Shown piece by piece: positions 1 to 12,661 of a DNA stretch of 64,000 nt. Under the pieces are notes generated by a model that saw nothing but the letters and a program-made list of their open reading frames with translations, was not told the origin of the DNA and ran no database searches. Numbering within the stretch: position 1 is the first letter of the stretch; every line of letters starts with the position of its first letter. This stretch comes from Lepidodermella squamata. Lineage: Eukaryota; Animalia; Gastrotricha. The position numbers and the translations under genes are program-made. The DNA lies in NCBI GenBank assembly GCA_047495785.1, contig JBLDXI010000030.1:310001-374000 (forward strand). The letters are read 5' to 3'.

Positions 1-438
1 TTTATGCTACCAGCGGTATGGCAACTGGCGAATGAAACTGCTGCGATGATGGGTAACGCCCAGATCGAGTCCGTCAAAATCACTGGCTTTAGGAAGGGGA
101 GCCTCATCTCTGACTATATTGTTGCACTAAGAAGTTTGACGCAACTGACGGAAAACGAGATTGCCAGCAAAGTGGCCGCTGCCGCTGCGAAGATCAAAGA
201 CACGGCTGTCGGTAAACTAGCGAATGGGCTTGACATTTCTAGACTGGGTCAAATATCCGTGCAGAAGGTTGCTGGACCTGTTAAAACGATTGCATCTGTG
301 ACTCTCAAGCCTGCTGTAATGTCCCCAGCGAAAGCCGGGTCAATTTCTATCATGAAATATCCTCTATCTATTCCGATCTCTGCTTTGATTATTGGACAAA
401 TTATCTGCTTTCAAATGCGAAGAAATGTCGCCAGCTAA
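1..438 (+). CDS. 3' end of SEA-domain cell-surface glycoprotein paralogue (partial, window edge)
   Basis: FMLPAVWQLAN...GFRKGSLISDYIVALRSL SEA motif shared with all array members; hydrophobic C-terminal segment. Confidence 0.85.
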   Translation, partial: FMLPAVWQLANETAAMMGNAQIESVKITGFRKGSLISDYIVALRSLTQLTENEIASKVAAAAAKIKDTAVGKLANGLDISRLGQISVQKVAGPVKTIASVTLKPAVMSPAKAGSISIMKYPLSIPISALIIGQIICFQMRRNVAS

Positions 439-895
439 ACATGGCCAGACTTCAGCTCGTTGTAATTATATAATTGCGATTCGCGGAATTAAAATGCAAA
501 ATGTGCAACTACTTGAATAAGACTATGCTATCGTACAAACTCTCGGTGAAGCCGCTCGTGCTGAATTGTATGTGACGAGGCAGCTGCCAAGTCAATACAA
601 TTCTGACCAGTCGCTTGCCGAGTCTCAAATAAATGACGAGGCGTATTTCCTTAGCCTTCTTAGATCTGGGAAATTAGGAATAGGATTCAGGGCGGAACAT
701 TTTACTGCTGAATGAAATAAGGTAAACAAGCAAAAGTTCGACTTTCGACTTCAATAACGCGTACGAACCAGATTGCATCTAATTGATTTGTCATAGGCAC
801 GTTAGTATAACGAAAAGCAAATACAATTTTTAGTCGTAGGATTTGATGGAAAAGCGATATCATAATTATGACTCAAAAATGAAAAACCAGTCGCC

Positions 896-939
896 TAATC
901 CGACATGTTTCAGCTTTTATTCAGCCATCTTCAGGGTCT
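896..939 (-). ncRNA. Minimal type I hammerhead ribozyme (Penelope-like element remnant)
   Basis: Minus strand reads agacc-CUGAAGA-U-GGCU(gaauaaa)AGCU-GAAA-CAU-GUC-ggauu: conserved core boxes, stem II, short palindromic stem III (ACAUGU), GUC cleavage triplet. Confidence 0.7.
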
Positions 940-1722
940 GACAACAAATAAGGAAATCAACAATCAAGTTTCGAGACTAATATTAAAACAAGTTTACCAA
1001 TTTTGTCACCAATCGTTTTTTTCGTGTAATTATCAAAAATTAATCGTATGATTAATCATACGATTAAAATCAAATATTAATCAAAAGCAAATACTAACTA
1101 CTATTATTATTTAATACACCAATAACTTCATTCAATGTAACGTTGTTCACTGATAGATGTTAGATATCCTCACGACTCTGTAGCTGAGTACCACACGAAT
1201 CCCTTACTTTTTTGTACATTAAAATGTAAAATGTACTGCTGACTTGGAAAAATTCACGATTTCTGCGGTGAGGCGCCATAACTTAATGTGAGTGTATATG
1301 ATTTTCCTTCGAAAAGCACAATTCCGAATTCTCTCGGATTTGATTAGTTCTTGGATAGTCTACTAATCACTCACCACGATCGAGCCCACTCTCGATTGCA
1401 AGCTTGCCCTCTACGAAAGCGGTTCGGCGATTTACAAGCTCATTACATTTACCCAGATGAGAACCGCTACTGGGGCTTGCGATTTAGTCATCACTTTGGA
1501 AAGTTTTTGGTTTATTAGCTCAACCAGTTTTTTCCAAGTGATTGGGAACTTGATGAGACAATTAAAATGCGGTAAAACATGTAAATATACCGACTTTTTG
1601 CTATAATTCGCCTGTTTTAACAATAAGCAAACATATTTTATTCCATATAAGTTAGACATCAGACATCAGACATTTAATGCACTACCCAATCCTTACCCAG
1701 ACGCAACTACTATCGCTAGAAA

Positions 1723-3357
1723 ATGTTTAGAAACCCACCGTCATTGTTGCTAGGCTAACTATGTTTGGCATCGCGTTGCGCCCAATATGGAGATTGCGCT
1801 AGATCCTTCGGCATCAATGACGAAGGTGGCGCCAGTTACGATCCTGCAACCTCGGCTGTGAAAGCAACTACTCCTCTGAGCCAAGCCACCACGTCGCTAG
1901 GGAATAACACTACTACCAAGCCTTTAACTAGAACCACTGCACCTTCAAGGGGGACGACCAGCGCTTCATCGACTTCTACTGTTAAAACAACTAAGCCTGT
2001 GACCACAACCACTACGATTTCAAAGGGGACGACTAGTGCAACCAAGACTCCTACGATCAAAACTACAACTACTAAGCCTTCGACAACAATCTTTTCAATT
2101 TCAAGGGGGACAACTAGTGCTACTATGACTTTTACGACTAAAACTACTACTAGGCCTGCAACCACAACCACAGCAGTTTCAATTAGTTCTTCTACTGCAC
2201 CAGCCATCACCACGAAAACGAAAACTATATCTGAATCCTTCACCACGCAAGGAAATACAATACAACCGTTGATATCGACAAGTTCATCAGCAATTGGGTC
2301 GACGGCTTTCAGTACTTCACTTCAATCTACACAGGAATCCTCTACCACATTTGAACCTACTGAGAATGCGTCGGTTCCGATTGGAACATCGACTTTAGAA
2401 TCGATAACTGAGCTTTCAACATCTTTCAATCTAATAACTGATATCACAACTGAAACCGAATCTGATTCCTTCACTACCTTCAGTGAATCTGATCGGACAG
2501 CTGATATTTCGACTGGATCGTGGACATCGGAATCGGCAGCTGCAGCTGCTACAATAGGTATCACAGAGCAAACTACTGCAGAATTGTTTGATAAAGATGA
2601 GAATACTCATTATTCGCGTCTATCGAACAGTTCCGAGGAATCGTTTCCATCGACGGAGGGAGTATCTACAGTTGCAACAAGCTTATCAGCACTTTCTGAA
2701 ACCCAAAACGTGACCGGTTTCTCAACCTCACCCAAAGCTTCGACGCAATCACTAATATCAACAAAACAAGCAGCTATTTCTGGGCTTTTATCAGCTGGGC
2801 CTGTTTATGAGGTTAACATGAATCTAAAAATCGAGGGGGACAATATCACCATACCCTCGAAAGGTATCAACGTTACTACAGACCCTTGGGACGTAAATCT
2901 AAACAGCCCGACCTCGCCAACTTTCGCAGCCTTAGTTGAATTTATGCTACCTGCAGTGTGGCAAGTGGCAAATCAAATTGCGGCCTTGACAGATAACACT
3001 CAGGTCGAGTCTGTCAAAATCACTGGCTTCAGGAAGGGCAGTATCATCTCGGATTACATAATTGCTTTAAGAAGTTTGACGCAGCTTACCGAGAACGAGA
3101 TTGCCGTCAAAGTTGCCGCCGCTGCTGCGAAAATTAAAGAAACGATCGTCGGTAAACTAGCAAATGGGCTGGATGCTTCTCGAATGAGTCAAATAACTGT
3201 GCATAAAGTCGCTGTACCTGCGAAAACCCCGGTCGCATCTGTGACTCCAAAGCATGTTGTGCCTCCAGCGCATGCCGGATCAACTACTCTGGCGTATCAT
3301 TCGTATTTTCCGATCGTTGCTTTGATTATCGGAAAACTAATCTGCTTCGAAGTGTGA
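1723..3357 (+). pseudogene. Short-form mucin-SEA-GPI paralogue with nonsense codon in signal peptide
   Basis: ATG 1723 MFRNPPSLLLG*LCLAS; TAA at 1756-1758 lies where paralogues have Y (LLSYLCL); otherwise open; long S/T stalk, SEA (FRKGSII), hydrophobic tail; intronless. Confidence 0.75.
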
Positions 3358-4109
3358 AGAAAGATCGCCAGATTTGCGCTTGTTGTAATAATATTGGTGA
3401 GTTATGTGGATTCAATTTGTCAACTCCTATGTCAGTCACGCTCGAATGTAACTTTCTATTATCTATTATCCTGGCGTGACCGGATGCATTGAATTACGAT
3501 CGGGGATATACATTCTACTGCTGGATAAAATGTCAAGCATTAACCTGACCTTACGATGCCACTGACGAAATCCTACCTACAACTAGATAAACTTTCACAA
3601 AAATACTTATATTTCACCAGCTTGTTAAGTCATTGATAAAGAAACATGGCAGTAAATTTCCGACATAGTACCTACATCTGCGTTGGCGGTTAGAAAAAGT
3701 GCATTCGAGCTCAAATCTGAGTTATTTTACGCCGCTAACTATGTGTAAACATTAGATGAACCGAAGTTTTCAAAGCTGCCAACGACTCGGAAGAAAAAGT
3801 ATCCTCCAGGGCATTCGCAAACGTCAAGGTCATTCGCTATATATCGTATTCGTATCAATAGTAGCCCATTCGCTAATAATCGCCCGTCCCTAATGGTTGC
3901 CCAAGGGGTCAAATCGGTTCGAAAAATTAAACAAAAACGATTCACCAATAATTAATCTCCGAATTTTACAAAATTTCGAGGTTGAAATTTAAGTAGCCGG
4001 GCTCTTTTAAGAACAAATACGGTAGGCTGTTTTTAACGAGAAGCTAACAAATGTTAGGCACCAAGCATTCATCGTGCTCCCCAATGCATGTAATTTCTAT
4101 CTTCTTAAA

Positions 4110-5315
4110 ATGAGTGGAAAATCAGCGACATTGTTGCTAAGTTACTTGTGCTTGGTATCCCATTGTATCCAAAATAGAGATTGCACCATGGTTGGCCGTG
4201 GCGGGGATTACGATTTGGATGACAAACCTGCAAATTCGGCTACGAAAGGAACTAATTCTCTGAACCAAGTTACGACATCACTAGGGACGACTAAGGCTAC
4301 CACTTCCACAGTTACTAGTACTAGGCTTGCACCAAAAACAAGCGTTGCTACAACGGCTTCTTCGGTTAAATTTACTACTAAGCCTTCGGCTGAAATCACT
4401 TCGATTTCAAGGGTGACGACCACTGCAACTACTATCAAGCTTGCGAGCTCAACGGCTTTCATTTCGAAAGGGACACCTGCTGCTACCGCGAGTTTGACGA
4501 CTAAACTTACTGCTGAATCAACGCCGAAAACCACTGTACTGTCAATTGGGACGACCTCTGCACCAGCTTTATAAAAATCATCCACCGCCAATGACAATAC
4601 TCTATATTCGGTCATTTCTAACAGTCCATCAGCATCTTTTCAATCGACAGGCATCATATCTTCGGCTGCTTCTGCTTCGGGCCCATCAACACAAGGCATA
4701 TCTTTGGCCAAGACTTTGACTCAATCACCAAGGAACCAACTCGCCATTTCAGCTGGGTCTTTTTACGAGGTTAACATGAATTTGAAAATCGAGGGTGACA
4801 ATATCACCATACCCTTGAAAGGTATCAATGTGACTACAGATCCGTGGGATGTCAATCTAAACAACGCGACCTCCACAACATTCGCAGCTTTGGCTGAGTT
4901 TATGCTACCTGCAGTGTGGCAATTGGCCAATAAAACTGCTTCAATGATGGATAACACTCAGGTCGAGTCGGTCAAAATCACTGGCTTCAGGAAGGGAAGC
5001 ATCATCTCTGACTACATTATAGCCTTGAGAAGTTTGACGCAACTGACTGAAAGCGAGATTGCAAGCAGGGTAGCCGCTGCTTCTGCAAAGATTAAAGACA
5101 CGGTTGTCGGTAAACTGGCTAACGGGCTGGATGCTTCTCGAATGAGTCAACTATCGGTCATAAAGGTGACAGGAGATGCAAAAACGCAGGTCGCATCGGT
5201 TACTCCGAAGCCTTTGCCTCCAGACGCAACTGCAAGTTCGACTATTCTTGCGTGTCCTTTCTCTTTTCTTGTCTCGGTTTTGATTATTGGACAGCTGTTG
5301 TATTTCAACACGTGA
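4110..5315 (+). pseudogene. Short-form mucin-SEA-GPI paralogue with one in-frame stop
   Basis: ORFs 4074-4574 and 4704-5315 are in the same frame, separated by a single TAA at 4572-4574; signal peptide MSGKSATLLLSYLCLVS, S/T stalk, SEA, hydrophobic tail. Confidence 0.75.
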
Positions 5316-5667
5316 ATTAAAATCACGGCACTCCTAATTTTTCGTCAGCTTGATAGACTCCTTATTTCGCCTGTTTTGGTTGTATTCATTCAAATTCTGA
5401 AATTTGAAATAAAATATATCAACGACCCCTCCGGGAAAGTACGATCGAAAGTGCTCAATGGATCGTGTTGATCCTGTATCCACTCAACAGAATCGACTCG
5501 AAGATTCTTGCATTAACATCTCGAAAATTTCCCTATTCCACTGTACTTCGAACTCTGGGGCGAACAAACATACCACCAGATAAAATGTAAACAAGAATAA
5601 ATTCGACATTTTCAAATCCGTGAACGAAATGAAAAACCAAAGATTTCTGAGCTCGAAATTATCGATT
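5177..5667. repeat. 491-bp direct repeat, copy 1 (left flank of LINE)
   Basis: Near-identical to 8490-8980 (one mismatch noticed). Confidence 0.9.
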
Positions 5668-8489
5668 GGCAGTTTTTCAGATTTATTGTTTCAAGTCCAT
5701 CCAACATTAAATAAAGTTGCTCTCGGACCAGGGGCAGAGTCAGGTAGTTCATCATATCATTATATCATCAAATTATCATACATCATTATGATTAATTTGT
5801 TTATCATTATATATTTTATTATTATTTTTTTTTGTTATATTGACTCGTTTTGATTCTGAGTGACTGGTTTGCAGCTGGTTTGTTTGGGTGGTTCGCTTGG
5901 CTTGACGCTTTGTTCTGTTCGTAGGATTGCTCCGTTGTTCCGAGTCGAGTTCGGGTTTCGGGATTGGTCCTCAACACAAAATAAATTAAGCACGAGGGGA
6001 GGCTCAAGTTTACTCAATAAGATTTTTCCGCGACTGCAGGTGATGGGTGAGTTTCTCAGACGAAGGGCTCAGATGAAGGCTCAAGGCACGTAGGCACGTA
6101 TGACGTAGGCTCAGGGCGAAGGCTCAGTCAAGGCTCTGTAAAAGGCAAAGCACAATTGTTTACTATATTTCCAGGGCTCACCAGTTGGCTCGGTCAGGGC
6201 TCCAACCAGGCTCAGGCTCGCGGGCTCAGGGTGGAGGCTCAGTCAAGGCTCTGGGCTCAAAGGCTTAAAGGCTCAGTCAAGGCTCTGTAAAAGGCAAAGC
6301 ACAATTGTTTACTATATTTCCAGGGCTCACCAGTTGGCTCGGTCAGGGCTCCAACCAGGCTCAGGCTCGCGGGCTCAGGGTGGAGGCTCAGTCAAGGCTC
6401 TGGGCTCAAAGGCTTAAAGGCTCAGTCAAGGCTCGCCAAAATGTTTGAATTTGAGGCCTCAGGGTTCTGGGCACGGACAGGCATTGGCTGACGCTGAATT
6501 AGACGAGGGCAGGATATTCTCGGTAGGCTCGAGGGCTAAGGATCTAAAGGCAAGGATGAGGTGCACAGCTGTAGAGTAGAAGTTTCTGGCAATGATGGCC
6601 GAGCTTCAAATATCAACCAGTTAAAATTTGTGCGCCGAGGCATAACTGGGATTAAGTCGACCAAGTGCCGTATGCGCCATGCGGGAGAATGATCGTTCAT
6701 GGTCTTATGGCCGAAGCTATCGAAAGATAGTGAAGCTATGTATTTAATGTAGTCGGCCATAACATCGCCAGCTGCCAGGCAGCGTTGGCCGTAGCGTTCC
6801 AGACGTTCGTTGAAAATGTCTTCAATTGAGGGCACATCAGCCAGAAATAAAGTGCCAAAGGAATCGGCGTCGTAAGGCAAATCGAGGGCAGCGCGAAGCC
6901 CGTTCGCCTGTATTTCAAATAGTCTGTTGATAGAAGACTTGGGTTGACAGGACCATGCTGGCGAGCCGTATGTGGCCAGGCTTTCGGCCATCGATTTATG
7001 AAACATGATTCCTAGTCTCTGTGGCAAAATCTTACGTGTCATGATGCCTCGTAGGACACCAGCTCTCGGACGGCACTTCGCGGAGATGCTGGATATGAGA
7101 GGCTCCCAGCTGAGTTGAGGGGTCAGCGTGACACCCAGGTACTTAATTGAGGGTGTTTGTTTTATTGTGTGCTTTCCGAGCTTGAGCGAAATCGAGGGCA
7201 CTGAGTTACTGAGTTATTATAATATCCAAAAAGCATGACCTCGCATTTTTCGAGATTTAAGATCAGGCGCCATTGTTCGCACCAGCCGACCGTGACGTCT
7301 AGCTGTGCTTGAATTCGGCGGGTACAGTCGAGCAGCGACTTGCCGTAAGCCCAGTTGAGGGCGTCGTCAGCATACGTTCCGTTCGCTACCTTCCGCTTGC
7401 CATCGTCGGGCTGCAGTCCCATCGGCTGCATATCCGCCGTGAAAAAGATGAATAACAGTGGGCTCAGCGGTGAGCCCTGAGGCACACCACAGCAGATCGG
7501 GTGTTGTTCGCTGAGCTCGCTGTCGACTTTGAGCTTGAAGCAACGGCCGCGCAAAAAGTCGGCCACCCAGCGGATTATAGGCTCGGGGACACCGGCTTCA
7601 ATAAGCTTATGCAGGAGTCCATTGTGCCAGACAATGTCGAAGGCACTCTTGAAGTCTAGGGCAGCTGCGACGAGCTTCCAATGTCTGGCCAGCGCTATGG
7701 CGACGTCGTTGACGAGCCTGAAGGTGGGGTCGGTGGCACTTCGACCTTGCCAAAAGCCGAACTGGTGTTGCGGCAGCAGGTTTTTGCTTACCAGGAAATC
7801 GAAGAGAACTTTTGTCACTAGCAGTTCTAGACACTTGCCGAGTGCTGGCAGCAGGGCGACTGGTCTATAGGACTCAGGTAGCTCTGGATCTTTGCCTTCT
7901 TTATACACTGGTGTGACAATCGCAATTTTCCACGACTTGGGTACGTAGCCTGTGTTTAGACTGAGCTCGAAGAGCCGGCGCATGTGGCTAAGCAGACTAT
8001 TTCCTCCGTTTTTTAGCAGAACGTTTGAGACTTCATCGTGGCCGGGTGCCTTGAAGTTTTTCAATTTCTTGAGGAGTGTCTTCAGAGAAGACTTCGGTAA
8101 ACGGACGTTTAGCGAGCCAGGTATAGCAGCCAAGGGGCTTGTCTTCTCGGAGCTCTCAACTCCTTCGTCTACTGTTGCCCAAAACTTTTGAGTTGCGGGG
8201 GAATCTGAGGTTTTGGCAGGCGCGGAAACAACTTTGGCGAAGGTTTTAGCTATCGGCTCAGCTTTTGCCTTGCTATCAATCACCGCCTTGCCTAGCGATG
8301 TCTTCAGACCTGGAATCGGCCGTCTGCGTTGTTTCTTGTTCAGCAATCTGGAGGCTGCGGACCATGCCGGTCTCGGGTTGTGGTTATTGAAGTTTTTTGC
8401 TATTGATTTGAGGCATCTTTCGCAGTCTTTACGATTTTCCTCGCCGACAAGGTTTGCAATTTTCTTCGTGATCATGTTAAGTGCTGTTT
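5668..8489 (-). mobile_element. 5'-truncated non-LTR retrotransposon (jockey/I-group-like RT), frameshifted
   Basis: ORF 7162-8475 has KAPGHD, YRPVALL, QFGF, LDFKSAFD, GVPQGSPLSP and YADD; continues after a frameshift near 7200 into 6536-7201 (KYLGV); no endonuclease; long 3' UTR. Confidence 0.88.
6119..6434. repeat. 149-bp tandem duplication (about 2.1 copies), GGCTC-rich, in the LINE 3' UTR
   Basis: Unit starts recur at 6121, 6270 and 6419. Confidence 0.85.
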
Positions 8490-8980
8490 TGCAAAAACGC
8501 AGGTCGCATCGGTTACTCCGAAGCCTTTGCCTCCAGACGCAACTGCAAGTTCGACTATTCTTGCGTGTCCTTTCTCTTTTCTTGTCTCGGTTTTGATTAT
8601 TGGACAGCTGTTGTATTTCAACACGTGAATTAAAATCACGGCACTCCTAATTTTTCGTCAGCTTGATAGACTCCTTATTTCGCCTGTTTTGGTTGTATTC
8701 ATTCAAATTCTGAAATTTGAAATAAAATATATCAACGACCCCTCCGGGAAAGTACGATCGAAAGTGCTCAATGGATCGTGTTGATCCTGTATCCACTCAA
8801 CAGAATCGACTCGAAGATTCTTGCATTAACATCTCGAAAATTTCCCTATTCCACTGTACTTCGAACTCTGGGGCGAACAAACATACCACCAGATAAAATG
8901 TAAACAAGAATAAATTCGACATTTTCAAATCCGTGAACGAAATGAAAAACCAAGGATTTCTGAGCTCGAAATTATCGATT
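8490..8980. repeat. 491-bp direct repeat, copy 2 (includes a duplicated GPI-tail coding end, stop at 8626-8628)
   Basis: Matches 5177-5667 at offset 3313. Confidence 0.9.
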
Positions 8981-8996
8981 CGCAACAAGCGTGTTA

Positions 8997-9012
8997 TAAC
9001 GAGAAGCTAACA
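8997..9012 (+). promoter_or_regulatory. Conserved upstream motif TAACGAG(AAGCTAACA/AAACAAATT), representative copy
   Basis: Recurs 76-120 bp before the ATG at 4034, 8997, 17969 (TAACGAT), 22673, 26687, 43639, 59731, 62800. Confidence 0.55.
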
Positions 9013-9080
9013 GATTGCAATTAAATAAAATTTAGGTATATCTGACATTCACATTTTTTTGAAACTTCATTCCCTGAAAA

Positions 9081-12000
9081 ATGTTTCGAATCAGCTCGAC
9101 AGTTTTGCTAAGTTACCTGTGTTTAGTATCACGCGCTGTGGAGATATGTAACTGGAATGCTTCTACGGCCAACGATGTCTCCATTTATTATGCCGTGCCA
9201 AACAGTGGCGGTTGGATTAATATTCCACAAGGAGGTGCTAAAGTCTTGCCGATTTGGACAATCATAAAATCTACTTGCACAGCGAGCAGTGCTGCAACTT
9301 CATCCATTTGCCTGAATGGCGGGGTTTGGTCCCATTTGTTTTCGGGATGCGACAGTTTCAGTAGGTCCATTATTAGTTGCCACTTTCATGCATCTCTGTT
9401 ATTTCAGCCTCACCTGCTAAATCGTGCACGTGGAGCACTGCAGACCAGCCTACGCACACCTACTACTTGTCTAACAATGTTGAACCGACATGGACACCCC
9501 AATCTTCCGTTTACAATGCAATTTTCGAGAATTTCGCGGTCATTAGAGACACCTGCCTATCTGGAGCTTATCAGCTTTCAGCTTGTATCAATGGGAAATT
9601 TGTTCCAGATCCAGCAGGTTTCGACTGCGGGGAACCCTATCCAGGCATACGGTCAAAACTAGTCGCGTTTTGGCCTTTGAATAACAACACTGGGCTGAAC
9701 GCTCTAATCCCATCCCCGCCATTCATACCTAGTGCAATTCTCTCTCCGTCATTCATAGGCACTTTCAAAGAGAGCGGTTACTATTTGGGTAATTGCCCCG
9801 CATACGCTACCGTGGAATTCACCCCAGCCATAACTGGGCAGTCATGGACCATGGCTATCCTTGCGGATGGTGCTTACAGAGGGCAACTGATCCGTTTCTT
9901 GCAAGGCAGCAATACATACATTTTCTCTGTTGACAACGGGGCTGTCACTGTAACTATGGGAAAACCGTATACATTAAGTAATCCTAAGTTCGGAACCCAA
10001 TCCAAATGGGTGCTATATATGTTTGGATGCAATGGAACAGCCTTGACACTGACTACTGCTGGAGCATTTTCCTCTTCTTTTATCACATTCTTGGATTCAA
10101 GCGACACTGGAGCGATTCAGTCGATCCAGTCGGCATTTATACAAATTGGAAGGGAGTAAGTTTTAACGAGGCCATTTCAGCTTTTGATTAGAGAACTACG
10201 TTTAACCAGTGCGATGAACTGCGGGCCTATGTCATGTTTGACAATGTTCAATGCCCAATATTCCGACTCGAATACAGCGGACCGTCTCCACCAACACTGC
10301 GTCGCAGGTTTGAGGCATTCAAAGTTCAACTCATGCTAAATATCAAATTTTTCAGCTGCATCACCACCCATTGTGCCATCTCAAACCGGCGACTGGTATT
10401 ACGATGAATACTTTTCGATTCACATAGCCAATTACGGTAGGGAGTCTATTCCCGAAAAATGTCACTCGCACTAATTAAATTTCGCTAACGATAGATAAAC
10501 TCTCCCGCCGAGGAGCCGCAGTAATCACAGAGAACGGACTGAGTATACGCCTAGCTGCAACGAAGGAACAAGGCTGTGTTTGGTCACGAGAAGTATGTTC
10601 GAAATTTGAAAGGAAAATTTTTTTATTGGCAATGACCCAGCAGTTTACAAGGTCTACGGTTTGAAACTTCTAGAGATTACCCAGCCCCAAAAAAGCAATT
10701 CGATTTTTTTTGGAGATAAAAGTAGCTTGCTCCGGTTTCAAGTAGAATGCCTCCAAAACACGCTAGAATCCTTAGAATCCTACGGCTGTTGTAATTACGG
10801 ATCACTATCTGTTTTTCGAATAACCATTCTTTCTTCGCAGAATGGCCTATTTCGGAGTTTTAATATAACATAAAAGCATTAGATGTTTTGATTGATATTT
10901 TGTTGCCTCGCGCGATTATTTGTAATTTCTGGTCAACGATGGCAATTTTTTCATGGGGTTTTTGCAATATATATTTCCGATTAAGGTTAGTCACGCTCAA
11001 AAGATGAATTTCAATTGATCAACGCCGAGCAAGTTTTGCAGTTCAACATCAAATATGTTCGATATTTCAGAAACATTTTAAAAAAGTGAAACACGACATT
11101 TCTTTGCCACATATACAACGATAGCTAATATATGTTTAAAGTTCTCATCGCATTGGATCTATCTGCGTATTGGTGAAAACCGCATGAAAATAGTCGTCAT
11201 TGTTGAGGAGATATTGAAAGAATGCGGGGCAAACAAATATTGGCCATACTTGAATCAATTTAATTATTATTTTTATTTGCCTATCCCTTTCTCAAGTTAT
11301 TTGACTCTACCATGGATTTTCGGGCAGAGTTCTTCCTCGACTGTGACTTTGCTTCAGTAGATCTGGACCTGTACTTCGTTTCTGCATACGCCACTCTGTA
11401 TTTGCCATCAGGCAATATAGCGGATGATGGCATCAATGTGAAAAACACTTATTTTGCTGGGATGTTTTTACGTCGCTTTGCGTCAGGGAATTACAGCCTT
11501 TATCAATCCAGAAGCCCAACTTCAGTGTACACGATGGAAATATCGTATAGTGGCAACTACGCCTGTTCACCTACTGCATTGATTCTGGAGAAAATCGGAT
11601 CGAAATTATCATTCATTTGCCGAACAGAAACAACAATTGAACTAATTACGACGTATGACGTTACTGAATACATCTCAACAACTGGTGGCATCTACTATGG
11701 AGTTTGCGCTAGAAACAAAGGTGACTACTTCACAGTGACGAAGGCTTATCTGACCCAAGTGAAATTCTTCACCTCGTCACCAAGACCGACTACTACTAGC
11801 ACCACCACAACTTCTACTAGCACAACTACAACATCGCCGGGTACCACTACAACGCCGCCGGGTACCACTACAACATCGCCGGGTAGCACACCCACTAAAG
11901 CACCAAGTTCGACTACTAAACCAGCTATCACAACCCGGACTGCAACTGGATCTGTTTCTACAATGTATTCTAACAGTTCACCGGCAACGTACGGGTCGAC

Positions 12001-12661
12001 AATCCGGCTTCAAACAGCTACTAATCCTACAACCACATCCCAAATCGTTGCAAGTCAGGGCGTATCAAGTTTGGCTACTTTATCCACGGCTTTGACACTA
12101 TCAACAACACAGCAAGCAGTCGTTCCGGTTTCGCCTGTTTTCGAGGTCAGCATGAATTTGAAAGTCTTTGGGGACAATATCACCATACCCTTGAAAGGTA
12201 TCAATGTGACTACAGAGCCTTGGGATGTAAACCTGGACAACTCGAGTTCACCGACTTTCTTAGCCTTGGCTGAATTCATGCTGCCTACCTTGTGGCAAGT
12301 GGCGAATGAAACTGCTGCGCTGATGGATAACATTCAGGTCGAGTCGGTCAAAATCACTGGCTTTAGGAAGGGAAGTATCATCTCTGACTACATTGTAGCA
12401 TTGAGAAGCTTGACGCAACTGACCGAGAGCGAGATTGCTAGCAAAGTGGCCGTAGCAGTTGCGAAGATTAAAGAAAGCATCGTCAGAAAGCTAGCAAATG
12501 GACTTGACACTTCCCGACTGGGCGATGTATCAGTTATAAAAGTTATTGGACCCAGTAGCACTTTACCGGCAGCAGTTACTCCCGCGAAATCAACGGCTTC
12601 GCAATTTTACTACTCCAACTATTTAATGGTCCTAATAGTTGTGTCTTTGATCTGTTTCTAA
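9081..12661 (+). CDS. Full-length array gene A1: SP, 2x sushi-like, LamG-like, L-type lectin-like, mucin, SEA, GPI-type tail
   Basis: Phase-consistent exons 9081-9360, 9408-10155, 10210-10307, 10356-10436, 10495-10592, 11297-12661 with GT-AG introns; SEA FRKGSII. Confidence 0.85.

Noticed and set aside
1836-2564. Val-rich minus-strand ORFs (also 4208, 11746, 20134, 24952)
   Set aside because: Antisense shadows of Thr/Ser-rich stalks
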